A stretch of DNA of 64,000 nucleotides from Isurus oxyrinchus (taxonomy: Eukaryota), in the NCBI GenBank assembly GCA_026770705.1, contig JANJGN010000052.1, forward strand, positions 2,542,001 through 2,606,000, given 5' to 3'. Position 1 is the stretch's first letter. The number at the start of each line of letters is the position of its first letter. Below, one piece after another: positions 48,601 through 59,900 of the stretch. The translations under genes were made by a program, and so were the position numbers. The notes beneath the pieces were generated by a model. That model was not told the DNA's origin. It did no database searches and worked only from the letters and a program-made list of their open reading frames with translations.

Positions 48601-48927
48601 GTGACTTCCCCAGTTTCACATCTCCCTCAAACACAGAAAAACTGGGTTAACACTGACCCTCCTCCCAGAGCCAGTTCACCTCGTGTCCGATGCAGTCAAG
48701 AGAGGAAGATCATCTCTCCTCCGATCCTGGTAAACTGAACATTTCCAGAATTAGATCAGCTCCCTGAAGTGTCTCCAGTTAGTCATTCATCTGACAGGAT
48801 TGACTCTACAACCCTGGGGACTCATTCTCCTGTAAGTAAAACACTTGCTGCTCCTGTCAAATCTCTTCTGTACAGCATGGTCTCTGGATGTCCCAGAACA
48901 CTTTACAATAGAGTTCACCCTTTTTTC
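45031..48927. repeat. About 3.9 kb palindrome (arms about 45031-46996 and 47117-48927)
   Basis: Unique sequence, CA/CT microsatellites and 33-bp arrays are all mirrored; spacer about 120 bp; one N-gap in each arm. Confidence 0.92.
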
Positions 48928-49150
48928 GAAGTGTGGTTACTGTTGTAATGTAGGAAACGCAGCAGCCAATTAGCGCACAGCAAGCTCCCACAAACAGCAA
49001 TGTGATCATCTGTTTTTGGTGATGTTGGTTGAGGGATAAATATTGGTGCCAGGACACCGGGGAGATCTCCCCCCTGCTCTTCCTCCAAATAGTGGCTGTG
49101 GGATCTTTCACACCCGCCCGAGAGGGCAGACGGGGGACTCGGTTTAGTGT
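48928..49150 (-). mobile_element. DeuSINE-type (AmnSINE1/SacSINE1-like) SINE fragment
   Basis: Minus strand reads aaaccgag..ccgtctgccctct..aaagatcccacagccactatttggaggaagagcagggg..tccccggtgtcctggc..atttatccctcaaccaacatcacc, matching my recollection of the Deu domain. Confidence 0.7.
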
Positions 49151-50381
49151 CTAATATTGGACTAATCTCCAGGCGAGGTTGGCTGGATGGATTATTGACA
49201 AGGTCCATTCACCCTGTAAAGAGTTTCTCTGGTTTGAAATACCCGATCAAACATCAAGTTCTGTGTCTAAACTTTGTGTTGAAAAGACACCTTTCCAGCT
49301 CTTCACCTGCCATTAGGTTGTTGAGTCTTCACATGCTCCGTCTGTCCGTGGCCAACCCCTCTTATCTCATCCTTTCCTTGTGGTACATCGAGCTGTTCAT
49401 CCTGACGGGTTCCCTCCTTCCCAGTAACACTCCATCTCCAACATCAAACTAACTCCCAACACGTTGATGAATTGTATGGATTCCAGCGTCAGTTGGTTCT
49501 GTCTGAGGCTGTTTCTCTGATCGGGGACCGAGCTGTTCTGAACGGACATTGTGTTCAGCAGTTCTTATTGCAGATCAGACTGTTCAACCAATGCTGCTGT
49601 TCACTGAGGTGACTCCGATTCTACATTCACACATTAATGATCTCATGTCCAGCAGCAAACATCTGAATGAAGCCAGGTTCAAGAAAAAACCCAGCTGCTT
49701 GATCCGACAGTTATCTGTTCAGGCATGGCCCCTTGTTCCAAATAACAAACATTATTTAAAAATAGTCATCACATGAGCCTGGTTAACAAGGAAATGAAAC
49801 CATGAACAATTTGCAGTAAAGTGAAACGTACAGGACAATCTATTTATATAGAGCTGATGATTTATTTTACACGAGACATGTTGCTAATTTCAAACATCAT
49901 CCGAACTATGGCAGTTCTGACAGTGCAGCACTTCCTCAGTACTGACCCTCTGACAGTGCAGCACTCCCCCAGTACTGACCCACTGACAGTGCAGCACTCC
50001 CTTGGGACTGAATCCAGAGATACAAGGAAGAGACTGAAGAGCTGACGATTCAGCTGAATTTAAAAACAGAGGCAGTTACAGAATCACAACAAGTTTACAG
50101 AGCAGAAGGAGGCCATTCAGCCCCTCGAGCCTGTTACACAGGAACTGGAGCGGCCATTCAGCCCCCTCGAGCCTGTTACACAGGAACAGGAGGAGGCCCA
50201 TTCAGCCCCTCGAGACTGTTACACAGGAACAGGAAGAGGCAATTCAACCACATTCTTGACACCAAAGGGGTTACCAGTTTGCTTACGGTGGAAGACAGAG
50301 AGTTGGTTTCTCAAATTCACACAAACCAACTCACATTTTGACTCACAGAGACACATTCACCCTTTCTAATTAAATACACAG

Positions 50382-50466
50382 AGGGAGGAGCACAGGAAGA
50401 GGTCATTCAGCCCAAGCAGAGCGTGTGGGCAGTTCCTCCCCAGGCGAGCAGTCGGACAGGTCCTGG
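50382..50466 (+). other. 85-nt exon upstream of the gene C signal exon (probable 5'UTR exon)
   Basis: Paralog of 17999-18083 and 61846-61930 with AG and GTAAGT sites. Confidence 0.55.
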
Positions 50467-50899
50467 GTAAGTAACGGAACAATTGGAATTCACTTCCACC
50501 ACCAACACCGTCCTTTGTTGATGTTGTGACTTTATAAAGACAGATTCCAATGATTGATGCCTTTGAAAGATTTCTACTGTTTATTGAGATCTGGGTGTGA
50601 GGCTCAAGTCTGTTGTACAGAACATCTTTCTAGCTCAAGGGATGAGGAAAATGGGATGCCCTGAGCTGGTGAAAGGTGCTATAGAAATGCAAGCCCTTCA
50701 TTGTTTTTCATTCTTAAAGCCTTTTAACTCTCTGCAGAACACCTATCATCCCACAGGAAATCAAATTAGTCTTTGAAGTCATTGTCTAAAAGGAGTTCTG
50801 ATCTCTCGAGAGCTGTCGGACAAGAGGTGAGGTCTCATTAACTCCTTTCTCTTTCACAGTTTGAGAGTGAGAAGTGGATGGAATATCTGGGAGTGGACA

Positions 50900-50939
50900 A
50901 TGATCAGGAAATCTTACTTCCTCCTGTCACTTCTCCAAG
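50900..50939 (+). CDS. Gene C signal peptide exon [13 protein letters not shown](V)
   Basis: Paralog of 18516-18555; acceptor at 50859. Confidence 0.8.
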
Positions 50940-53900
50940 GTAATATCATCATCAGATTTAATGTTAATAGTCTCTGTCAAGGATCATTCTTATTGAGCTG
51001 TGATTGGGAACCGATTCAGCAGTGATCCAGTGTACAAACACACACCAAGTCCCATTCACCCATCACCCCTGTGCTCACTGATATACACTGACTCCCTGTG
51101 TGACAGCAGAATTGGAAGTGATCAGAGATCTCAGAGAGTTGTAGGGACTGGAGGACGTTACAAAGTTCAGCAGAATTGTAGCAGCGAGAGCAGGATCTTA
51201 AAATTCAGGTGCTGTCAGACGTTGGTCAGTGAGCGATGGGGAGTGATGGGTTGAGTAGAGAAGCAAAGATAAAAACTGGGGGATGAAGACTATCCTGCTG
51301 CGAGGTCTCCGATAGCAATGGCCTGAAATTTGTGTCCTTTGCTGCCTTTATTCAAAATTTCCCATGAAGACAACACAGCAGCTCCTAGAATAGACAGGCT
51401 GTTCAGTGTCACACTTCCTGTCCATTCTCACCATGCTAGATACTTCAATAAGGGAGCAAGATAACTGAAAGAGAGAAGGGAGGCAAAGCTGTCTGTGTGT
51501 AAAACTGTCAAATATTCTGAGTTATCATGAGTGTCTCTGATCTGCTGCAGAGTTTAAATTTCACAGAATCTGAGCACTTTGCAGCTCAGAGAGAGACCAT
51601 TGACTCACTGCCTGAAAGGCCGGTGGAAGCAGATTCAACAGGAACTTTCAGAAGGGGAACTGGATAAATACTTGAAGGGGAAATTTGCAGGGATGTGCGA
51701 AAGGTGCTGGAGAGGAATTGGGAAAGAGCCAGCACATGCACGATGGGTCAAATGAGCTCCTCCTGTGTTGTATCATTCAACAATCAGACAATTTAAGACC
51801 CTTGTCAGCAAAACTTCAGAATCCTGCTGAATCACAGATGTTTCAGAAGGACAGGGAACACGAGGTTTCTGGTATCAGCGTTTCATGTGGGGCCCTGCTC
51901 AGTTTGAACAAATAAACAACACCATCTTTGAAAGTCATGAACCCAACACAGGGGCACCTCCGACACATGCAGAGCTCAGGCTAGAGGCACTTTGTTAGTG
52001 TGTTTCACAGTGTCTGCTGGAGTAGGGTCAGTGCTGAGCTTGGGGACAAGTCAGTCTACAATGCTGCATCGGAATCAACAATACAACAATATGGGGTTTA
52101 GATCAGAAATAATCCATTAGACAATGAGGATCCAAAGAGATTCCTTAGACAATGAGGATCCAAAGAGATTCCTTAGACAATGAGGATCCAAAGAGATTCC
52201 TCAGACAATGAGGATCCAAAGAGATTCCTCAGACAATGAGGGTCCAAAGTGATTCCTTAGACAATGAAGATACAAAGTGCACCAATCAGATTGAACCAGA
52301 TTAGCTAATCAGCTGTGTTGAAGAGCAAACAGGAATGTTAGGCTAATTAGTGATTCATGACGGTGATAATGGGGGGAGTTCTGAGGGCTCCTAATCCATT
52401 GTCCTGTCTTGTAAATCAGCACTGAATGGATCTCAATGGGTGGGTCTCGTAGACACTGTGTTGGGTGGAAGACTGGCTTCACTAAGGGGAAGCGGCAGTA
52501 GAGAGGCATTGTCACTGGGCTAGTATTCCAGAGGCCCAGGGTGATGCTCTGGGGCCCTGGGTGTAAATCCCATCACAGCAGATGAATGGGATTAAAAAGC
52601 CTGGTTCACTGATCCCCTTCAGGGAAGGAAATCTCCACCCTTACCGAGTCTGGCCTACATGTCACTCCAAACCCACAGCAATACAATTGATTCTTAAATG
52701 CCTCTGATGGACATGGGATGGGTAATAAATGCTGGGCACATCCCATGAACGGATAATTTGAAAAACACATGACTTGGAGACACTGTGTTGGGTGGAAGAC
52801 TGGCTTCACTAAACAGGGTCCTGAGGACCATGAGCCAATGTAGAATGAACTTGTCCACTCCTGTGTCCAGGATTCTCTTCCATCCATTGTGAAACCTTGG
52901 GGAGATCCCTGTGTGTCCTGTAGATGGTCCACACTGCAGCCACTGTGCCCCAGTGATGGACGGGGTGGATATCGAGTCTAGTGGATCTACAAACCATCCA
53001 GAGTTAAATATTGATATTTCTCTCCCCAGTTGGACTGTCACAAGAGTGGAAAGGTGACACTCCACGAGAGGTGACAGCGCAGGAAGATTCGTGTGTACAG
53101 ATTCCATGTCATTACAGTTATCCATCACATTTGGAAAGCCAACCACGAGTCGGAGTCTGGTTTAATAATGAGAATCAGATTCCTGGATCTCCCATTGCCT
53201 TTCACTCCAAGGATCACAGTCACGAGTTACCACGGTTCCACCATCGGACCCGGCTGTCTGGAGACCTGAAAGATGGCGACTGTTCCCTGATTATAAACAA
53301 CATCAGACGGGAAGATGCAGGACCTTATTTTTTCAGGATAGAATTTGACAGCAGTAATAGTTACAACTACTATCCTGTAACCCAGCTTCACGTTTCTGGT
53401 AAGTGCTGTGTTATAATTACTCAACAATTCACATCCAACACTCAATGGGAATTAACACAAACTGTGACGTTTACATATTAACACAAAACACAGCTTATTA
53501 TAACACACTGTCTGATTCTCAATAACCTGCTGATAGCTTCCAGTTCAGTCCTAAAGCAACCTCTAATACTCACTTTAATATCAATGATTAAATGTATTGA
53601 CTGTGTCCATCAAAGTTATCAGGTTATCCACTCTCATCGATCTCTCTAATCCTGTTTAAAATAATTTCCTGATCATTGTAACCTCTCAGTTCTGATATCA
53701 TCCTTGCAAAGGTGCTTTCTCTTGTGGGACTGTGATTTCTATTTGAACTGATGCTTCACGTTATATTTCTCTAAAAGGATCCATTCTCCGTCTGTTAGAT
53801 TTCACAGATAAACCCACGATATTCCCTGCTGAAATTATTGCAGGAAAGCCTGTGGATGTAAGCTGCACCTTCAACACAACGTGCAATGGAACAGCAGCAC

Positions 53901-56900
53901 CTGTCTTAACCTGGGACACTCCCACTGACGTACCTGGATCAGTCTCAAACACTGTAACTCAGCATGGTGTCACTCTGACCTATACTTCTGTTCTGACCCT
54001 GATCCCATCACTCAAACACCACGGACACAGTCTCAGCTGCAGAGTGAGATATCCATCTGTTTCATCGAAGCAGTCCCTCGTACTAATTGTACAAGGTAAG
54101 TATGGACATCCTTCATTATACATTCGCTGGAACAGTCTATATTGTGCACAGCAGGATCTCATAGAAAGGTATTCTGATGAGAACCAGATCATCTGTAGTT
54201 TAGGGAAAAACACTAACCAGAAAACAGTTAATGACAGTTTCTGAACATTAACACTGGAGCTTTTTTTTCCAGCCAAGAAGCTGATAGAGCAGAGCATCAT
54301 TCACAATATACTAACCCCCTGACAGTGCAGCACTCCCTCAGTACTGACCGCCTGACAGTGCAGCACTCCCTCAGTACTGACCGCCTGACAGTGCAGCACT
54401 CCCTCAGTACTGACCCTCCAACAGTGCAGAACTCCCTCAGCACTGACCCTCTGACAGTGTAGCGCTCCCTCAGTACTGACCCTCTGACAGTGCAGCACTC
54501 CCTCAGTACTGACCTGCTGAAATTGCAGCTCTCCCTCAGTACTGACCCTCTGACATTGCAGCACTCCCTCAGTACTGACCCTCTGACAGTGCAGCACTGC
54601 CTCAGTACTGACCCTCCAATAATGAAACAATCCCTCAGTACTGACTCTCCGACAGTGCAGCACTCCTTCACTGCTGACCCTCCAACTCTGCAGTGCTCCG
54701 TCAGGACTGAAAATCTAACATTTCATATCTCCCTCCTGACTGACCATCTGAAAATACAACAGATCCTCGGTCGAGTCCTTCAAACAGTGCTGCACTTCCA
54801 CAGTACAGAATCTCCCCCCCACCCACAGTGCAGCACTTCCACAGTACTGAACCTCTGACAGTGCAGCACTCCCTCAGTACTGACCCTCCCACCTGCAGCA
54901 CTCCCTCAGTACTGACCCTCCCACATGCAGCATTCCCTCAGTACTGACCCTCCCACATGCAGCACTCACTCAGTACTGACCCTCCCACAGTGCAGCACTC
55001 TCTCAGTACTGACCCTCCCACATGCAGCACTCACTCAGTACTGACCCTCCCACAGTGCAGCACTCCCTCAGTACTGACCCTCCCACATGCAGCACTCCCT
55101 CAGTACTCACCCTCCCACAGTGCAGCACTCCCTCAGTACTGACCCTCCCACATGCTGCACTCCCTCAGTACTGACCCTCCCACAGTGCAGCACTCCCTCA
55201 GTACTGACCCTCCCACATGCAGCACTCCCTCAGTACTGACCCTTTGACAGTGCTGCACTACCTCACTATTGGCTTTAAACTAAATAGAGTGTGGGGCGAA
55301 TGTTTCTGGAGAGGGTATATGTACAGTTACAAACCAAAAGGATTTATTAGCATTGCAGGATAGCTGTTTTGGCAATGATACCCAGTGTGTGACAGGAAGG
55401 GACACAGTGTCCAAACATAAAAATACATCAGCAAATAGTGTCAGAGTGGGGGAAATGATAAAAAGACAAAATTAATGGCTCTTTACTTAAATGCACATAG
55501 TATTTGGAATGTTGGCCTTTATTTCAAAGGGAATGGAGTATAAAAATAGGGAAGCCTTGCTAAAACTATACAAGGCACTAGTTAGACCACACCTAGAATA
55601 CTGTGAGCAGTTTTGGTTCCCTTATCTAAGGAAAGATGTACTGGCATTGGAGGCAGTCCCGAGAAGGTTCACTAGGTTGATCCCAGTAATGAGGGATTTT
55701 CATATGAGGAGAGGTTGAGTAGGATGGGCCTGTACTCATTGGAGTTTAGGAGAATGAGAGCTGACCTTATTGAAACATATAAGATTCTTAGGGTGCTTGA
55801 CAGGGTAGATGCTGAGAGGTTGTTTCCCCTTGTGGGAGAGTCTAGGACCAGAGGGCATAATCTCAGAGTAAGGGGTCACCCATTTAAGACAGAGATGAGG
55901 AGTTTCTTCTCTCAGAGGGTAGTGAATGTGTGGAATTCTTTACTGCAGAGAGCTGCAGAGGCTGGGTCATTAATTATATTCAAGGCTGAGATACACAGTT
56001 TTTTAATCAGTCAGGGAATCAAAGGCTATGGGGAAGAGGCAGGAAAGTGGAGTTGAGGATTGTCAGATCAGCCATGGTGTCATTGAATGGCGGAGTTGAT
56101 TGGCCGAATTGCCTCCTTCTGCTCTGACGTGTTGTGGTCTTATGGTCTTATCACCCTCCAACAGTGCAGAGCTCCCTAATTACTGATCCTCCGACAATGC
56201 AGCACTCCCTCAGTACTGAACCTCTGACAGTGCAGAGCTCCCTAATTACTGACCCTCCGACAATGCAGCACTCTTCCAGTGCTGACCCTCCGACAGTGCA
56301 GCATTCCCTAAGTACTGATCCTCCAACAGTGCAGCACTGCCTCAATACTGAGCCTCCAACAGTGCAGCACTGCCTCAATACTGACCCTCCAACAGTGCAG
56401 CACTCCCTCAGTGCTGACCCTCCGACAGTGCAGCACTCCCTCAGTACTGACCCTCCGATAGTGCAGCACTCCCTCACTACTGACCCTCCGTCAGAGCAGA
56501 GCTCCTAATTACTGACCCTCCAACAGTGCAGCACTCCCTCAGTACTGACCCTCCAACAGTGCAGAACTCCCTAATTACTGACCCTCTGATAGTGCAGAGC
56601 TCCCTCAGTACTGACCCTCCAACAGTGCAGCACTCCCTCAGTACTGACCCTCCAACAGTGCAGAGCTCCCTAATTACTGACCCACCGACAGTGCAGCACT
56701 CCCTCAGTACTGACCCTCTGACAGTGCAGTACTCTTTCAGTTCTGACCCTCCGACAGTGCAGCACTCCCTCAATACTGACCCTCCAACAGTGCAGCACTC
56801 CCTCAGTGCTGACCCTCTGACAGTGCAGAGCTCCCTCAGTACTGACCCTCCGATAGTGCAGCACTCCCTCAGTACTGACCTTCCGACAGTGCAGCAGTCC

Positions 56901-59900
56901 CTCACTACTGACCCTCTGACCGTGCAGCACTCCCTAAATACTGACACTCTGACAGTGCAGCACTCCCTCAGTACTGACCCTCCGACAGTGCAGTACTCTT
57001 TCAGTTCTGACCATCCAACAGTGCAGCACTCCCTCAGTACTGACCCTCCCACAGTGCAGCACTCCCTCAGTACTGACCCTCCAACAGTGCAGAGCTCCCT
57101 AATTACTGACCCTCCGACAGTGCAGCACCCTCTCAGTACTGACCCTCCGACAGTGCAGCACACCCTCAGTACTGAACCTCCGACAGTGCAGAGCTCACTA
57201 AATACTGACCCTCCCACAGTGCAACACTCCCTCAGTACTGATCCTCCGACAGTGCAACACTCCCTCAGTACTGTTCCACCGACACTGCAGCACTCCCTCA
57301 GTACTGATCCTCCGACAGTGCAGCACCCTCTCAGTACTGTCCCACCGACAGTGCAGCTCTCCCTCAATACTGACCCTCCGACAGTGCACCACTCCATCAG
57401 TACTGAACCTTCAACAGTGCAGCACTCCCTCAGTACTGACCTTCCGACAGTGCAGCAGTCCCTCACTACTGACCCTCTGACCGTGCAGCACTCCCTAAAT
57501 ACTGACACTCTGACAGTGCAGCACTCCCTCAGTACTGACCCTCCGACAGTGCAGTACTCTTTCAGTTCTGACCATCCAACAGTGCAGAGCTCCCTAATTA
57601 CTGACCCTCCGACAGTGCAGCACTCCCTCAGTACTGACCCTCTGACAGTGCAGCACTCCCTCAGTACTGACCCTCCCACAGTGCAGCACTCCCTCAGTAC
57701 TGACCCTCCAACAGTGCAGAGCTCCCTAATTACTGACCCTCCGACAGTGCAGCACCCTCTCAGTACTGACCCTCCGACAGTGCAGCACACCCTCAGTACT
57801 GAACCTCCGACAGTGCAGAGCTCACTAAATACTGACCCTCCCACAGTGCAACACTCCCTCAGTACTGATCCTCCGACAGTGCAACACTCCCTCAGTACTG
57901 TTCCACCGACACTGCAGCACTCCCTCAGTACTGATCCTCCGACAGTTCAACACTCCCTCAGTACTGTCCCACCGACAGTGCAGCTCTCCCTCAATACTGA
58001 CCCTCCGACAGTGCACCACTCCATCAGTACTGAACCTTCAACAGTGCAGCACTCCCTCAGTACTGATCCTCCAACAGTGCAGCACTCCATCAGTACTGAT
58101 TCTCCGACAGTGAAGTACTCGCTCAGTACTGACTATGTGGCAGTGAAGCTTTTACAGTACCCACCCACCATCAGTACAGCAGGTCCTCAGTACTCACCCT
58201 CCAACAGGGCAGCACTCCCTCACTACTGACCCTCCGTCAGAGCAGAGCTCCTAATTACTGACCCTCCGACAGTGCACCACTCCATCAGTACTGAACCTTC
58301 AACAGTGCAGCACTCCCTCAGTACTGACCTTCCGACAGTGCAGCAGTCCCTCACTACTGACCCTCTGACCGTGCAGCACTCCCTAAATACTGACACTCTG
58401 ACAGTGCAGCACTCCCTCAGTACTGAACTGAAGAGTCTGCCTGAATTATGTGCTCTGTGGTGAAGGATTGATATCACACCTTTAACATTGTCAGGGTCTC
58501 TGAAAGTGCTTCACAGTCAATTTAAGTAACTGATCTTTATTTGTTTTCAGACGCACCACAGAATCTCTCAATTACTTCTCTTGATATGATTAACGCTTCA
58601 TCGATCAATATAATTGAGGGGAATTCTGCAGTGATAATCTGCTCTGTCGAGAGCTTCCCAGCTTCTAACCTGACGTGGCGACATCTTAATGTCCCAATGA
58701 ACAGAACAAGTTCCAACAATGAGCTGTGGTTGGTGATTCCTCACGTTACATCCAGGGACACTGGAGACTATCAGTGTGTGGCAGAGAATGAACATGGAGC
58801 AGTGGAGGGGTTCATAACCATCACTGTGGAACGTGAGTTAACACAAATTGCAATAACACTGTCACATACAGATGCACACACACACACATAGACATACACA
58901 TGCACACACACTCACTCATGAACAGATGTATACAAACAGGCACACGCACACATGCGCAAACACATACACACACACACGCACACACAAACATACTCACATG
59001 TGCAGAAACACGAACACACACACAAATACACACACACAGACACACACACACACACATGTGTAAGGTTCACTCTAGTCTCTCAGGGCTGCACTGGAGTCTC
59101 GGTATCAGCCCTGATTCTGTGTTGAAGGAAGGTAAACTCCAGATCAACAAGACCCTGAATTGGATGAGCAAGCTCCTGAACAGTGAATTTTATATTTACC
59201 CCTCAGTGCTCCATCAATCAAATACAATTCATTGCCTGTCAAGCCCTTGGCGAATTCCTGAAGATGTGAATGGAACTTTCTTTCATTCTAGATTGACAGC
59301 ACCTCAACTGGTGGGAGAATGCAACTGCAGTGTGACAGTTTACATAGGCAGTGTCCATTATAAATGTGACAGAGGAACTTATTCTGAGGAAAGGTGCCTG
59401 GAAATGCATTCAGACATCAGATTCAAAGAGATGATACATGGAGTCTTGCTGTGCACTGCGCTTGCTCACTCTAAAATCTTTATATGTTTATAGACACACC
59501 ACAGAATCTCTCAATTACTTCTCTTGATATGATTAACACTTCATCAATCAATATAATTGAGGGGAATTCTGCAGTGATAATCTGCTCTGTCGAGAGCTTC
59601 CCAGCTTCTAACCTGACGTGGCGACATCTTAATGTCCCAATGAACAGAACAAGTTCCAACAATGAGCTGTGGTTGGTGATTCCTCACGTTACATCCAGGG
59701 ACACTGGAGACTATCAGTGTGTGGCAGAGAATGAACATGGAGCAGTGGACGGGTTCATAACCATCACTGTGGAACGTGAGTTACACAGAATTCAACATTC
59801 TGTTTTTATTAGCTCATGGGATGTGGGCATTGTTGACAAGACCAGAAATCATTGCCCATCTGTAACTGCCCCTTGAGAAGGTGGTGGTGAGCTGCCTTCT

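Noticed and set aside
49150-49745. Unique-looking sequence that might be a gene fragment
   Set aside because: The frames I tried gave no recognisable domain; it needs BLASTX.
56526-58229. 567-aa S/T/P-rich sense ORF that could be a mucin-like stalk exon in gene C (and the 455-aa Cys-rich antisense ORF)
   Set aside because: Translation of a stop-poor 33-bp satellite that occurs in both orientations across the window; I found no convincing flanking splice sites.
54315-58430. Regular ~33-bp repeats resembling a CRISPR array
   Set aside because: Head-to-tail units without unique spacers, in a vertebrate context with no cas genes.
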